A stretch of 64,000 bases of DNA from Prochlorococcus sp. AG-402-K14 (GCA_003216815.1 QCIG01000007.1:3571-67570); one strand, 5' to 3'. Counted from the first letter of the stretch, positions 1 to 11,040 are shown. Numbers and translations are program-made. The notes: generated by a model not told the origin, from the sequence alone.

Positions 1-114
1 GGTGGAGAGATAGTTACTATGGGTACTCCTGAAGAAGTTGCCTTAGATTCGAAAAGTCATACCGCTAAATATTTAAAAAAGGTTTTAAATATTCATCCAC
101 CTAAAAAGGGTTAA
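1..114 (+). CDS. uvrA: Excinuclease ABC subunit A, 3' end (partial)
   Basis: Manual translation of frame 1 gives GGEIVTMGTPEEVALDSKSHTAKYLKKVL...KKG*, which resembles the UvrA C-terminus. Not in the ORF track. Confidence 0.85.
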   Translation, partial: GGEIVTMGTPEEVALDSKSHTAKYLKKVLNIHPPKKG

Positions 115-164
115 GGAATTATTAAGAAACTAAGTTTTCTTGATATATTCCTTAACCCTTTTTT
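103..164 (+). terminator. Long hairpin, probable intrinsic terminator after uvrA
   Basis: AAAAAGGGTTAAGGAAT (103-119) pairs perfectly with ATTCCTTAACCCTTTTT (147-163); imperfect inner stem; overlaps the uvrA stop codon. Confidence 0.75.
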
Positions 165-318
165 ATTTAGGGTTCCCCTCTTAATTTCCTGCTAAAGCCT
201 GTCATTCACTGTTATAAGCATAAGTTTATAATTATTGGTGTGAATACATAAGCCTTTCTTTATGTTTGATCAGTAAAAAATATAGTAATTAATTCTTACT
301 CTTAATAAGAGGTTTCGC

Positions 319-2451
319 TTGGGATTAAGGCTTTTACATTTAAATTTGCATGGTTTAATCCGTTCAAGTGATCTAGAATTGGGTAGAGATTCTGATACTG
401 GTGGACAAACTTTATATGTTTTAGAACTAGTTAAAGGACTTGCAGCTAGGCCAGAAGTAGAGAAAGTTCAGCTCTTAACAAGATTAATTATTGATAGAAA
501 AGTTTCCTCTGATTATTCAAAGTCAGTTGAGAAAATATCAAATTGTGCTGAAATAGTGCGCTTACCTTTTGGTCCTAAGCGTTATATTAGGAAAGAACTT
601 TTTTGGCCTTATTTAGATGATCTTGCTGATCAAATAGTTCAATTATTACAAAAAGAAAGTTATCTCCCTGATTGGATTCATGCGCATTATGCGGATGCAG
701 GTTATGTTGGTTCTTTAGTAAGTAGAAGGCTAGGAATACCATTAGTATTTACAGCTCACTCACTTGGACGTGAAAAACAGAGACGATTATTGGCTGCAGG
801 TATAGATCATGATCAGATCGAACAAACTTATTCCGTTAGTAAAAGAATCGATGCAGAAGAATTGGCTTTAGCTCATTCCAATTTAGTCATCACTAGTACT
901 CGACAAGAATCTGAGCATCAATATGCTCGTTATGGAAGTTTTAATGCAAATAATGTAGAAATTATTCCTCCTGGTGTTGATTTAAATCGTTTTCATCCCA
1001 TAGATTTTAATTTCGAAGAGGAACAAAAAGATTTAGATAAGATGTTTAATCCCTTTTTAAGGGATATAAAACTTCCTCCTCTTTTATCTATCTCTAGAGC
1101 AGTCAGAAGGAAAAATATTCCTGCTTTGATTGAAACTTATGGACGTTCTCCAGTTTTACAACAAAGACATAATCTTATTTTAATTTTAGGTTGTCGTGAA
1201 GATTCAAGACATCTTGAAAAACAACAAAGAGAAGTTTTTCAGCAGGTTTTTGAACTAGTTGATAAGTACAATTTATATGGAAAAGTTGCATATCCAAAAC
1301 ACCATAAAAGAGAACAAATACCTTCAATTTATCGATGGGCCACAAATAAAAAAGGACTGTTTGTTAACCCTGCATTAACTGAGCCTTTTGGTTTGACATT
1401 ATTAGAGGCAGCAGCTTGTGGTTTACCTATGGTTGCTACTGATGATGGTGGACCAAGAGATATTATTGCTCGATGTGAAAATGGTTTACTTGTTGATGTT
1501 ACTGAGTTAGAAGCTTTGCAAGATGGTTTAGAAACGGCTGGTTCATCTTCTTCTGCATGGGAAACTTGGAGCAATAATGGCTTGGAGGCAGTAAGCAGGC
1601 ATTTTAGTTGGGATGCTCACGTATGTAATTACATAGCATTGATGCAGAAGCGTTTGAAGTTTCTTGCACCCCGCTATTTTACTGTCGGCACTTCACAAGC
1701 AAAAAATCCTATTGGAAAAAAATTATTACTCCTTGATTTAGATAGCAACCTTGAACAATTGGAATCTCAAGAAATATCGAATTTGGCAGAAAAGTTAAAA
1801 TCAAATTCTTTAGATTTTGATATTCAATTAGGAATTTTAACTGGGAGATCAATTCAAGCTGCTCGATATAGATATTTAGAATTGCATTTACCTAGCCCTG
1901 CAGTTTGGATTTGTCGAGCAGGAACAGAAATTTATTATGCTGATGAAAACAAATCTGATATTTTCTGGCAAGATTCAATAAGTGTAGATTGGAATCGAAA
2001 AAAAGTAGAAAAAGCTTTATTTGATTTAAAAGATTATTTAATTCTTCAATCAGTTGATCAGCAAGGACCTTTTAAAGTTAGTTATTTGTTAAAGGAAACT
2101 GGAGATGCAATTTTACCTTTGGTTCGCAAAAGGCTTAGGCAGATTGGACTAGCTGCTTCTCCACACTTGAGATGTCATTGGTATTTAGATATTATTCCTT
2201 TGAGAGCATCAAGATCAGAAGCTATTAGGTTTTTGACTTTACGTTGGGGTATATCTTTAGATCAAGTTGTCATTGTTGCTAGTCAGCAAGGTGACTCTGA
2301 TTTGATTAAAGGTTTGACTTCTACAATTATTCCAGTTGAACATGATTCATCATTAGACGAGCTAAAGTCCCGACAAGGAGTTTTCTTTTCTTCTCATCCC
2401 AGAGAAGGTATCGTTGATGGACTAAAACATTTTCGCTTTTTGAAAAAATAA
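319..2451 (+). CDS. spsA: Sucrose-phosphate synthase (GT4 domain plus C-terminal HAD/SPP-like domain)
   Basis: Motifs LGRDSDTGGQTLYV, HAHYADAG and NPALTEPFGLTLLEAAACG; C-terminal LLDLD...TGRS. Confidence 0.95.
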   Translation: MGLRLLHLNLHGLIRSSDLELGRDSDTGGQTLYVLELVKGLAARPEVEKVQLLTRLIIDRKVSSDYSKSVEKISNCAEIVRLPFGPKRYIRKELFWPYLDDLADQIVQLLQKESYLPDWIHAHYADAGYVGSLVSRRLGIPLVFTAHSLGREKQRRLLAAGIDHDQIEQTYSVSKRIDAEELALAHSNLVITSTRQESEHQYARYGSFNANNVEIIPPGVDLNRFHPIDFNFEEEQKDLDKMFNPFLRDIKLPPLLSISRAVRRKNIPALIETYGRSPVLQQRHNLILILGCREDSRHLEKQQREVFQQVFELVDKYNLYGKVAYPKHHKREQIPSIYRWATNKKGLFVNPALTEPFGLTLLEAAACGLPMVATDDGGPRDIIARCENGLLVDVTELEALQDGLETAGSSSSAWETWSNNGLEAVSRHFSWDAHVCNYIALMQKRLKFLAPRYFTVGTSQAKNPIGKKLLLLDLDSNLEQLESQEISNLAEKLKSNSLDFDIQLGILTGRSIQAARYRYLELHLPSPAVWICRAGTEIYYADENKSDIFWQDSISVDWNRKKVEKALFDLKDYLILQSVDQQGPFKVSYLLKETGDAILPLVRKRLRQIGLAASPHLRCHWYLDIIPLRASRSEAIRFLTLRWGISLDQVVIVASQQGDSDLIKGLTSTIIPVEHDSSLDELKSRQGVFFSSHPREGIVDGLKHFRFLKK

Positions 2452-2501
2452 TTGCAATTATTTTTAATCTAATATTTATTCAAAACTTGTTTTGATTTTT
2501 A

Positions 2502-2741
2502 TTATTCTAGGATTAATGTAAGTTGCTGATATGGCGGCTCTTCGCTAATAAAACCCCAATTATTAAAAATTTTTGAATCTAGATGAGTTATTATTTGACG
2601 TTTATTTCTTTTCTCTACTTTAAAACCTTCAGCTGACATTTTTCTCATCAGCCTTGCGGACTCTTCAAAGCGGGCGGCCATAGAATCTAGAGTTTCACAG
2701 TCCTTAGTTAGTCCTTCTTCTTTCCATGTAAAATACGTCAT
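2502..2741 (-). CDS. Conserved hypothetical protein
   Basis: 79-aa ORF with ATG start, fills the gap after mraY on the same strand. Confidence 0.75.
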   Translation of the reverse strand: MTYFTWKEEGLTKDCETLDSMAARFEESARLMRKMSAEGFKVEKRNKRQIITHLDSKIFNNWGFISEEPPYQQLTLILE

Positions 2742-2751
2742 TATTGTAACT

Positions 2752-3867
2752 TTAAGGTTTAACGAAAAACATTAGATTTATTATTACTAATGATAATGTA
2801 ATGAGCCAAAAAATACCTACAATTTGAGTTTCATTGTTACCTTGAAGCTCAAAATGATGGTGTAATGGAGTCATCAAAAATAATTTATGACCTTTACCTT
2901 TTAGTCTCTTAGAAATTTTGAAAATACTTACTTGTATTATTACTGATACAGATTCTGCTGCAAATATTCCTCCTATAATTAAAAGGGACCAAAGATTATT
3001 TGATATCAAAGCAATACCACCGAGAGAAGCTCCTATAGCTAAAGAACCTGAATCTCCCATGAATAATTTTGCAGGGTATTTATTCAGAAAAAGAAATCCC
3101 ATACAAGCCCCTGACATAACTATGCAGAGAGGAGCTAATGTCTGATTATTACTTGGATCTTTTAATAAAATAGTAATCGCTAAACCTGTAAAAATTATTG
3201 CGCTACATCCGCTTAATAAACCATCTAAACCATCAGTTAAATTAGTGGAATTACTTTCGGCTAATAATACAAAGATTCCTAATGGATAAATTAAAATTCC
3301 TATATTTATCAGTTTATTTCCTATTTGTATCGTATTAGGTAATAAATTATTTGAGGCACAAATAACAATAAAAATAAGACTAATAACTAATTGTAATATT
3401 AATTTTTGATTTGAAGATAAACCAGTATTAAATTGTTTTTTAAAACTTAGTAAATCATCAATCATGCCAATAAACATAAAGAAGATTGTAAGAAAGCTTA
3501 AAATTATAATTACTTTGTAATTATCTTGATTGAAATATAAAATATTGCTTATTAGTACTCCTAAAGTAATAAAAAAAATCCCACCCATTGTAGGAGTTCC
3601 TTGTTTGATAAAATGATTTTTTGGGCCTTCTTCTCTAATGATTTGTTTCAGTTTAATTTTTTTTAATTTAGAGATTCCTAAAGAAGTAATACCTGTGGAT
3701 ATTAGAGTTGTAATTAAAAAAGGAATTAATAAATTACTACTTTCAATATAAAAATCACATAAGATACATAAAATTGTTATTAATCCAAATACAGTCAATA
3801 TTTGGTTATTAACACTGTTAAATAATGATATATTTTTTTTGTTTAAAATCTTTTTAGATTTTGTCAA
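2752..3867 (-). CDS. mraY: Phospho-N-acetylmuramoyl-pentapeptide transferase
   Basis: Motifs KQGTPTMGG, NLTDGLDGL, FMGDSGS and PLHHHFE; multiple TM segments. Confidence 0.97.
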   Translation of the reverse strand: MTKSKKILNKKNISLFNSVNNQILTVFGLITILCILCDFYIESSNLLIPFLITTLISTGITSLGISKLKKIKLKQIIREEGPKNHFIKQGTPTMGGIFFITLGVLISNILYFNQDNYKVIIILSFLTIFFMFIGMIDDLLSFKKQFNTGLSSNQKLILQLVISLIFIVICASNNLLPNTIQIGNKLINIGILIYPLGIFVLLAESNSTNLTDGLDGLLSGCSAIIFTGLAITILLKDPSNNQTLAPLCIVMSGACMGFLFLNKYPAKLFMGDSGSLAIGASLGGIALISNNLWSLLIIGGIFAAESVSVIIQVSIFKISKRLKGKGHKLFLMTPLHHHFELQGNNETQIVGIFWLITLSLVIINLMFFVKP

Positions 3868-3883
3868 AATTTAAGCTTGTAAA

Positions 3884-4159
3884 TTATTCTTCCCATTCGT
3901 CGTCTGTTGTTTCTTCTTCAGCCTTATAATCTTCTTTTTCACCCATTAAAGCTGAGAGCTCTTCTTCTTCAACTGTACTGATTTCTTGGTCATTTGAATC
4001 TTCATCAGAAACTAATCTGCCACTTGTTTCTAACCATGACAGTAAATCCGGTTCTTCTCTTAGAGGCAGAACAGGTGCAGGTTCTTGTCTCCCATAACGA
4101 GTTAGTGCGGGGTTAATGCCGTCCAAATCAGATAAATCGATTTTTTCTAGATCGCTCAT
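3884..4159 (-). CDS. Acidic cyanobacterial protein (DUF3134-like)
   Basis: NPALTRYGRQEPAPVLPL...LLSWLETSGRL with an acidic tail; lies directly upstream of mraY. Confidence 0.75.
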   Translation of the reverse strand: MSDLEKIDLSDLDGINPALTRYGRQEPAPVLPLREEPDLLSWLETSGRLVSDEDSNDQEISTVEEEELSALMGEKEDYKAEEETTDDEWEE

Positions 4160-4217
4160 ATTAAGATTATGATCGATGAATTAACATAATGCATTATGGA
4201 TTAATTTTCTAATTTTT

Positions 4218-4424
4218 ATGCTGACTTCAAAGCTGATATTGATTACTTTTACTTGGGGGATGGCTTTTTTAGTAAGTATTTGTCTTCGATCAGCTGGAAT
4301 TATTCATCCACAACCATTCTCTATAAACCATATGTTTGTGTGGTTTTTGGTTTTTGGCCCTTCATTTTTGTTTTTTATTTATTTTTTGGTTAAGAGATCA
4401 ATGTCTTTAGATCCGTTAATTTAA
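4218..4424 (+). CDS. Hypothetical small membrane protein (2 TM)
   Basis: 68-aa ATG ORF with two hydrophobic stretches; overlaps no other gene. Confidence 0.5.
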   Translation: MLTSKLILITFTWGMAFLVSICLRSAGIIHPQPFSINHMFVWFLVFGPSFLFFIYFLVKRSMSLDPLI

Positions 4425-4430
4425 TTTTAT

Positions 4431-4646
4431 TTGCAAGTGGTTTTAAAGCTTTTACCTTTTTATTTTGTTTTTACTTCAAATGATGATGTTAAAGATTTAT
4501 TGATTTTTGGTCATAGCATTGATACATGGTTAATTTATGTACTTATTTTTTTCGGGTTAACTGCTTTGGCATTTGTCTCGGTTTGGTTTATAGGACTGTT
4601 AGCAGAAAGGCAATCAGACAAATCTATTAAGCAACCATGGGAGTAA
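4431..4646 (+). CDS. Hypothetical small membrane protein; start uncertain
   Basis: 71-aa ORF with TTG start, one strong TM segment and a charged C-terminal tail. Confidence 0.4.
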   Translation: MQVVLKLLPFYFVFTSNDDVKDLLIFGHSIDTWLIYVLIFFGLTALAFVSVWFIGLLAERQSDKSIKQPWE

Positions 4647-4782
4647 TCGATTAAAGATTTTATGAGTAGTTGCTTGTCTAAGAAAAATTTGAATCTGTAT
4701 TGTTTATCTAAATAAGAAATATTGTCCAATGGTTCTCTATATTTATCATAGAAAATTGAAATTCATTTAAGGAGAGAATCAT

Positions 4783-5985
4783 ATGGGAAGAGCTCAGAAG
4801 GTTGTTTTGGCTTACTCAGGAGGAGTTGATACTAGTGTTTGTATTCCTTATTTGAAAAAGGAATATGGGGTGGAGGATGTAATTGCTTTTGCAGCAGATC
4901 TTGGTCAGGGTGATGAACTTGATGAAATTAAAAAAAAAGCTATTTCAGCTGGAGCTTCTGAATCTCTGATTGGCAATTTAGTAAAGCCTTTTATTGAAGA
5001 TTTTGCTTTTCCTGCAATAAGATCTAATGCTTTGTATCAAGGCAAATACCCTCTTTCAACTGCATTAGCTAGACCATTAATTGCAAAAAAACTCGTTGAG
5101 ATTGCAAGAGAATTAAATGCTGATGGAGTCGCTCATGGATGCACTGGTAAAGGTAATGATCAAGTTCGTTTTGATGTAACTATTGCAGCTTTGGCTCCTG
5201 ATTTGAAATTGTTGACACCAGCGAGGGAATGGGGCATGAGTCGTGAAGAAACCATTGCTTATGGAGAAAAATATGGAATAGTTCCTCCTGTAAGTAAAAA
5301 AAATCCTTATTCTATTGATTTAAATCTTTTGGGGAGAAGCATTGAGGCCGGGCCTCTTGAAGATCCATTTGAAATGCCATTAGAAGAAGTTTTTGGCATC
5401 ACTTCATCTATTTATGATTCACCTAATGAGCCTGAGATGGTTGATATTCTTTTTGAGAATGGTAATCCTGTCGCAATTAATGGAGAACGCATGAATCCGG
5501 TATCTCTTATCAAGAAGGCGAATAGCCTCGCAGGAAAACATGGTTTTGGACGACTCGATATTATTGAAGATAGAGTTGTCGGAATTAAAAGTCGAGAAAT
5601 TTATGAAACACCTGGTTTGCTTTTATTAATTAGAGCTCACCAAGAAATGGAGAGTTTAACTTTACCTGCAGATTTATTGAATACTAAATTTAAATTGGAA
5701 AGACAATGGTCTGACTTGGTTTATCAAGGTTTTTGGTTTAGTCCTTTAAAAGAAGCCTTGGATGGATTTATTAACCATTCTCAAAAGCAAGTTAATGGCA
5801 CAGTAAGGATTAGGCTTTTCAAAGGGAATGCAGATGTTGTTGGCCGCAAGTCACAAAAAAATAGTTTATATATTCCAGATATGTCTACTTATGGAAGTGA
5901 GGATAAATTCAACCATAAATCCGCTGAGGGATTTATTTACGTATGGGGATTACCCAGTAGAGTTTGGTCTTGGGTAAACAAATAA
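4783..5985 (+). CDS. argG: Argininosuccinate synthase
   Basis: Motifs [23 protein letters not shown] and GIKSREIYE; AGGAG upstream. Confidence 0.98.
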   Translation: MGRAQKVVLAYSGGVDTSVCIPYLKKEYGVEDVIAFAADLGQGDELDEIKKKAISAGASESLIGNLVKPFIEDFAFPAIRSNALYQGKYPLSTALARPLIAKKLVEIARELNADGVAHGCTGKGNDQVRFDVTIAALAPDLKLLTPAREWGMSREETIAYGEKYGIVPPVSKKNPYSIDLNLLGRSIEAGPLEDPFEMPLEEVFGITSSIYDSPNEPEMVDILFENGNPVAINGERMNPVSLIKKANSLAGKHGFGRLDIIEDRVVGIKSREIYETPGLLLLIRAHQEMESLTLPADLLNTKFKLERQWSDLVYQGFWFSPLKEALDGFINHSQKQVNGTVRIRLFKGNADVVGRKSQKNSLYIPDMSTYGSEDKFNHKSAEGFIYVWGLPSRVWSWVNK

Positions 5986-6022
5986 AGAATTAATTTATTA
6001 ATTTTATAAGTCTTTATTTTTA

Positions 6023-6451
6023 TTACTTCGTGTCTTCTTGCTTCTCGTCTGTAGTTGGTGATTCAGTTTTATCTTCAGTAGGCTTTTCTTCCTTTGTTTT
6101 TATTTCGGATTTATCAGCTTCATCTTCTTTAGTAGTGGGTTTTGGAGTTGGCAAAGGACCATCTTGTTTAACTGTGAGATAGCGAATAACGTCCTCACTG
6201 AGCCTCATAGCTCTTTCAAGCAGAGCAACTTGCTGTCCATTACCTTGATGACTTAGTTGCACATATATTCCTTCTTTATGTTTGGAAATGGGATAAGCAA
6301 GTCTTCTTTTTCCTCGCATTTGACTATCCAATACTTCTGTACCTGATTTCTCAAGAAGTTCACTATATTTTTTTAGATGGCTATCAACTTCTTCTTCCGG
6401 AATATCCGGACGAAGAATGTACATGGTTTCGTAATAAGGTTGTTCAGACAT
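6023..6451 (-). CDS. rpsF: 30S ribosomal protein S6
   Basis: Motifs [10 protein letters not shown] and [10 protein letters not shown]; charged tail. Confidence 0.98.
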   Translation of the reverse strand: MSEQPYYETMYILRPDIPEEEVDSHLKKYSELLEKSGTEVLDSQMRGKRRLAYPISKHKEGIYVQLSHQGNGQQVALLERAMRLSEDVIRYLTVKQDGPLPTPKPTTKEDEADKSEIKTKEEKPTEDKTESPTTDEKQEDTK

Positions 6452-6455
6452 TAGG

Positions 6456-6500
6456 AGTTTCCGACGAGGACTGAATGGCTCATCAAGAGCGGCGGAATCT
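6456..6500 (-). promoter_or_regulatory. Putative structured 5' leader of rpsF
   Basis: On the minus strand AGATTCCGCCG pairs with CGTCGGAAACT (2 mismatches), with an inner CTC-TTGAT-GAG hairpin. GC-rich within AT-rich DNA. Confidence 0.4.
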
Positions 6501-6526
6501 TAATCTTATACTGAAGTGGTAGCTTT

Positions 6527-6985
6527 TTACAATTGCATTTTTGTTGCTTGACTGATTCCAGGAAGATTTGGTTCGTCACCTTGTGTGCATGACCAAACAC
6601 AATATGTAATCATCGCAAAAAGACTTATTAGCAAAGTACTTGAAAAGGTTCTTATAATTAATGAGTTCCCAAAAGGACTAAAGAAAATTTGAAATACGAA
6701 ACTAATAATAATTATACCAATGTTGATTAATAAAGATTGAAGTGCATTAAAACGTAAAAAATAAGATACTTTATTATTTCTTACTAGACCAATAAAGATA
6801 GCAAAAAATAATAATAAGTTTCCAAAAGGTATCGATCTTTCAATTATTATTATTGGAATTGCTGGTATCTGAATAATTTGAATTAGAGGATACTTTATAT
6901 ATAAATGATTACCAAAGATAAGACAATCTGCCCATGGAATCATGTATAGAAGAATTCCTAATATCTTTCCACCTAGTGAAGGCAT
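6527..6985 (-). CDS. Tic20/Ycf60-family membrane protein
   Basis: LVRNNKVSYFLRFNALQSLL motif and C-terminal PNLPGISQA. Confidence 0.8.
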   Translation of the reverse strand: MPSLGGKILGILLYMIPWADCLIFGNHLYIKYPLIQIIQIPAIPIIIIERSIPFGNLLLFFAIFIGLVRNNKVSYFLRFNALQSLLINIGIIIISFVFQIFFSPFGNSLIIRTFSSTLLISLFAMITYCVWSCTQGDEPNLPGISQATKMQL

Positions 6986-7008
6986 AATTGAATAGATTTT
7001 TATTTAGA

Positions 7009-7896
7009 TTAAACCATTAAATGTTTTTGTGCAGATGATTTCATTATCTCAGTGGGAATCTCATCAAAACCACTCCAAAGTTTTATTGATAAAGCACCTT
7101 GACCAACAAGCATGTCAAGCCCATCAATTATGCAACAATTTTTTCGATGTCCAATCTTTAACCAATTTGTTGGCCTTGGATTATAAATCAAATCATATAA
7201 AATAGTTTTATTTGAAAGACTATTCCATATCTCATGACCAAGAGGAATATTTTCTTCGTCTGTTTTATTTTTATTCATCCCGATTGGTGTTGCATTAACA
7301 ATTAAATCGGCTTCTTCAATATATGGAGTAACATTTAATTTTTTGCTATTAATACCTTCAATTGATATTTTCTCTTTTGTTGATAATTTTTTCATATTTT
7401 TAATAAAAACATCTAAAGAATTTTCATTGCGACCAACTATAGTTATTTTTTGAACATTTAAACTAATTAAGGCCATAACTACTGCTCTAGAGCTACCTCC
7501 GGAACCTATAACTACAACACTTTTATTGATTAGATTTTGACCTTTTAGGGGCATTAAAAATCCTTCTACGTCAGTATTTGCACCTATCCAGTGATTATTT
7601 TTTCCGGGTATTAATGTATTGACTGCTTTTATATCATTTGCAATTTTAGTTAAATTCTCACAACAATGTAAAATTTCCTGTTTGTGCGGGATGGTTACAT
7701 TAATACCTTTACAATCAATGAGTCTCAACCCTGTTGCTACTTCCTTTAGGTCCTTTGTGTCGCATGGCATTGCTAAATAACACCAATCAAGTCCCATTTC
7801 TTCATATGCCGCGTTGTGCATAATCGGGGAAAGAGAATGATTTACTGGTTGTCCAAGAAGTCCTACTAGACTAGTTTTTCCAGTGATAGTGCTCAT
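7009..7896 (-). CDS. aroE: Shikimate dehydrogenase (start moved to ATG at 7896)
   Basis: Motifs HSLSPIMHNAA, GINVTIPHK, AVNT, NTDVEGF and DLIYNP. Confidence 0.95.
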   Translation of the reverse strand: MSTITGKTSLVGLLGQPVNHSLSPIMHNAAYEEMGLDWCYLAMPCDTKDLKEVATGLRLIDCKGINVTIPHKQEILHCCENLTKIANDIKAVNTLIPGKNNHWIGANTDVEGFLMPLKGQNLINKSVVVIGSGGSSRAVVMALISLNVQKITIVGRNENSLDVFIKNMKKLSTKEKISIEGINSKKLNVTPYIEEADLIVNATPIGMNKNKTDEENIPLGHEIWNSLSNKTILYDLIYNPRPTNWLKIGHRKNCCIIDGLDMLVGQGALSIKLWSGFDEIPTEIMKSSAQKHLMV

Positions 7897-7931
7897 TTTC
7901 TGAGAATGTTTATTTAAAAAGTCAAAAGACT

Positions 7932-7946
7932 GTTCGGGAACCACGC
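7932..7946 (+). promoter_or_regulatory. K-box-like element upstream of dnaK
   Basis: GTTCGGGAACCACGC resembles the cyanobacterial K-box (GTTCGG-NNAN-CCNNAC) described upstream of groESL and dnaK2; the match is imperfect. Confidence 0.45.
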
Positions 7947-8014
7947 CTCGCCTCAAATAGGTTTCACTGACGAGGATGATACTTAAAGAAAGAAATTAAA
8001 GGAGCTCTTCACTC

Positions 8015-9907
8015 ATGGGGAAGGTAGTTGGAATCGATCTAGGTACTACAAATAGTTGCGTGGCAGTTATGGAAGGAGGTAAGCCCACTGTAATAGCAAA
8101 TGCCGAGGGATTTAGAACAACACCTTCAGTAGTTGCGTATACAAAAAATCAGGATCAATTGGTTGGACAAATTGCTAAGCGCCAGGCAGTTATGAATCCT
8201 GAAAATACTTTTTATTCTTCAAAGAGATTTGTTGGTCGTAGAGTAGATGAGGTAAATGATGAATCTAAAGAAGTTAGTTACGGAATTGAAAAAGCAGGAT
8301 CTAACGTCAAATTAAAATGTCCAATACTTGATAAACAATTCTCTCCAGAGGAAGTTAGTGCTCAGGTTTTAAGAAAACTTTCTGAAGATGCTGGAAAATA
8401 TTTGGGTGAAACCGTTACACAAGCTGTAATTACAGTTCCTGCTTATTTCAACGATTCACAGCGTCAAGCTACTAAAGACGCAGGAAAGATTGCTGGTTTA
8501 GAGGTTCTGAGAATTATTAATGAGCCTACAGCTGCAGCATTAGCATATGGTTTAGATAAAAAAAGCAATGAAAGAATTTTAGTTTTTGATTTAGGAGGAG
8601 GCACCTTTGACGTATCAGTGTTGGAGGTTGGTGATGGAGTCTTTGAGGTTCTTTCTACATCTGGAGATACCCATCTAGGTGGTGATGATTTTGATAGAGT
8701 GATCGTTGATCATTTGGCTTCTACTTTTAAAGGTAATGAAGGTATTGATTTACGCCAAGATAAACAGGCACTGCAGCGTTTAACCGAGGCCGCAGAGAAG
8801 GCAAAGATAGAATTGTCAAATGCTACTCAAAGTGAAATTAATCTTCCATTTATTACAGCTACTCCAGAAGGCCCTAAGCATCTTGATTTGACCCTTACAA
8901 GAGGCAAATTTGAGGAATTAGCATCGAACCTTATTGATCGTTGTAGGGTTCCTGTAGAGCAAGCTTTGAAAGATGCAAAATTATCTACTGGAGAAATAGA
9001 TGAGATTGTGATGGTTGGAGGTTCAACTCGAATGCCAGCTGTCAAAGAGTTAGTTAAAAGAGTAACTACTAAAGATCCCAATCAAACAGTTAATCCAGAT
9101 GAAGTAGTTGCAGTTGGAGCCGCCATTCAAGGAGGAGTGCTTGCTGGTGAAGTTAAAGACATTTTGCTACTTGATGTAACTCCGTTATCTCTAGGTGTTG
9201 AAACATTGGGCGGAGTTATGACAAAAATGATTTCAAGGAATACTACCGTTCCTACTAAAAAAGCTGAAACTTATTCAACAGCAGTTGATGGTCAAACGAA
9301 TGTAGAAATTCATGTTTTACAAGGGGAGCGTGAAATGGCTTCTGATAATAAAAGTTTGGGAACCTTTCGTTTAGATGGAATCCCGCCTGCCCCAAGAGGT
9401 GTTCCGCAGATTGAAGTGACTTTTGATATTGATGCAAATGGAATCCTCAGTGTTACTGCTAAAGACAAAGGAAGTGGAAAAGAACAAAGTATTTCGATCA
9501 CTGGTGCTTCAACTTTGTCGGATAATGAAGTTGAAAAAATGGTTAAAGATGCCGAAACAAATGCTTCTGCCGATAAAGAAAAGCGTGAAAGAATTGATAT
9601 AAAAAATCAAGCTGAAACACTTGTCTATCAAGCCGAAAAGCAAATGACTGAACTAGGTGACAAAGTCGATGAAGCAGCAAAAACTAAAGTTGAAGAAAAA
9701 CGGGTTAAGTTGAAAGAAGCTACTGAAAAAGATGATTATGAATCTATGAAATCTCTAGTGGAAGAGTTGCAACAAGAGTTGTATTCATTAGGAGCTTCTG
9801 TATATCAACAAGCAAATGCTGCTTCACAAGCTGCAGATGATACAAATACAGACGGTAAAAATGATGGAGATGATGTTATTGATGCTGAATTTACTGAGAC
9901 AAAATAA
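8015..9907 (+). CDS. dnaK: Chaperone DnaK (DnaK2 type)
   Basis: Motifs [17 protein letters not shown] and TVPAYFND; ends [11 protein letters not shown]. Confidence 0.99.
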   Translation: MGKVVGIDLGTTNSCVAVMEGGKPTVIANAEGFRTTPSVVAYTKNQDQLVGQIAKRQAVMNPENTFYSSKRFVGRRVDEVNDESKEVSYGIEKAGSNVKLKCPILDKQFSPEEVSAQVLRKLSEDAGKYLGETVTQAVITVPAYFNDSQRQATKDAGKIAGLEVLRIINEPTAAALAYGLDKKSNERILVFDLGGGTFDVSVLEVGDGVFEVLSTSGDTHLGGDDFDRVIVDHLASTFKGNEGIDLRQDKQALQRLTEAAEKAKIELSNATQSEINLPFITATPEGPKHLDLTLTRGKFEELASNLIDRCRVPVEQALKDAKLSTGEIDEIVMVGGSTRMPAVKELVKRVTTKDPNQTVNPDEVVAVGAAIQGGVLAGEVKDILLLDVTPLSLGVETLGGVMTKMISRNTTVPTKKAETYSTAVDGQTNVEIHVLQGEREMASDNKSLGTFRLDGIPPAPRGVPQIEVTFDIDANGILSVTAKDKGSGKEQSISITGASTLSDNEVEKMVKDAETNASADKEKRERIDIKNQAETLVYQAEKQMTELGDKVDEAAKTKVEEKRVKLKEATEKDDYESMKSLVEELQQELYSLGASVYQQANAASQAADDTNTDGKNDGDDVIDAEFTETK

Positions 9908-9915
9908 ACTTATAA

Positions 9916-11040
9916 TTATATTGTAAATTGATCTTTTTCAATTTGAAGGCCAATCCATTCAGCGCAAGAAGGGGCTAACAAAATACCATTTCTATAGTGA
10001 CCTGTATTTATTAATAACCCCGGTTCTAATTCTTTCAATAATGGAGCGGGTTCGTTTACTGGTCGAGCTCTGATTCCCTGCCATTCATGGCTAATTCGTG
10101 CTTGTTTTATCCAGCTTGGAGCAGTATTGTTCATATTTAACATTTTCTCTTTACATAAGAGATTTGCTTTATTTCCCCTTTCTAAAGTTGCTCCCATGAA
10201 AATATGATTTGATTTATGATGTATAAAATTTATAGATTGATAATTTACAACAGCTGGCCATTTATACCAGTGCGAAACTTCATTTTTTACTTCCAATTCA
10301 ATAACTTGTCCTAATATTGATTCTAAAAATATTGAATGACCTAATGTTTTTAAGAGTTTTTGGGTATTTAATCCCGAACAAATTACAATGTAATCTTGAC
10401 AGATGCACTGGTTACTTTCTAAATGGATTTCCCAGTTTCTAGTAAATGAATTAATATTTTTTTTTATTTTAATTACATTATCTTCGATTTTATTTACTTT
10501 TACTTTCTCTAATCTTTCTATTAATAACTTTAGTAGATTTATAGGATTTAATCGACCATCATCATGAGAAATAAAGCCACCTATTAATTTTTTTTCAAAG
10601 ATAGAACTCCAAAATTCAATAGAGTTCTTATCTAAAAGTTCAATTCCATGCTCTTTTTTATTTTTACTTATTTCAATCATAGATTGATATTCTTTTTCAG
10701 AATTTGCTAATTTAATCAATGGCTTATCAAATTTAATTTTCAACTCGGAACTATCTAATTGAATGAGCCATTCTTTCCATAATTTCATACTTTTATTGCG
10801 TAGTGAAAAAGCTCTTCCTTTTGATCTTTTGTAGCTATTTCCCATGAGCACACCTAAAGCCGCTTGTGTGCCATTTTGTGGCGTCAAATTATTTATTTTT
10901 GATTTGATTTTTGGGTCAATTAAATTTACTTTATAGCCTTTTTCTCCCAGATAGAAAGCAGTTGTAATCCCTGCAATTCCTCCACCAATTACTGAGATTT
11001 TGATTTGATTATTTTTAGCTTTTTGGTTATTCATTTCCAC
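9916..11040 (-). CDS. FAD-dependent oxidoreductase (DAO/glycine oxidase family)
   Basis: Motifs VIGGGIAG, GIRARP and GHYRNGILLAP. Confidence 0.9.
   Translation of the reverse strand: MEMNNQKAKNNQIKISVIGGGIAGITTAFYLGEKGYKVNLIDPKIKSKINNLTPQNGTQAALGVLMGNSYKRSKGRAFSLRNKSMKLWKEWLIQLDSSELKIKFDKPLIKLANSEKEYQSMIEISKNKKEHGIELLDKNSIEFWSSIFEKKLIGGFISHDDGRLNPINLLKLLIERLEKVKVNKIEDNVIKIKKNINSFTRNWEIHLESNQCICQDYIVICSGLNTQKLLKTLGHSIFLESILGQVIELEVKNEVSHWYKWPAVVNYQSINFIHHKSNHIFMGATLERGNKANLLCKEKMLNMNNTAPSWIKQARISHEWQGIRARPVNEPAPLLKELEPGLLINTGHYRNGILLAPSCAEWIGLQIEKDQFTI

Noticed and set aside
6458-6490. Hammerhead ribozyme (TTGATGAG...GAAAC on the minus strand)
   Set aside because: The core is not CTGANGA and stems II and III cannot be formed properly.
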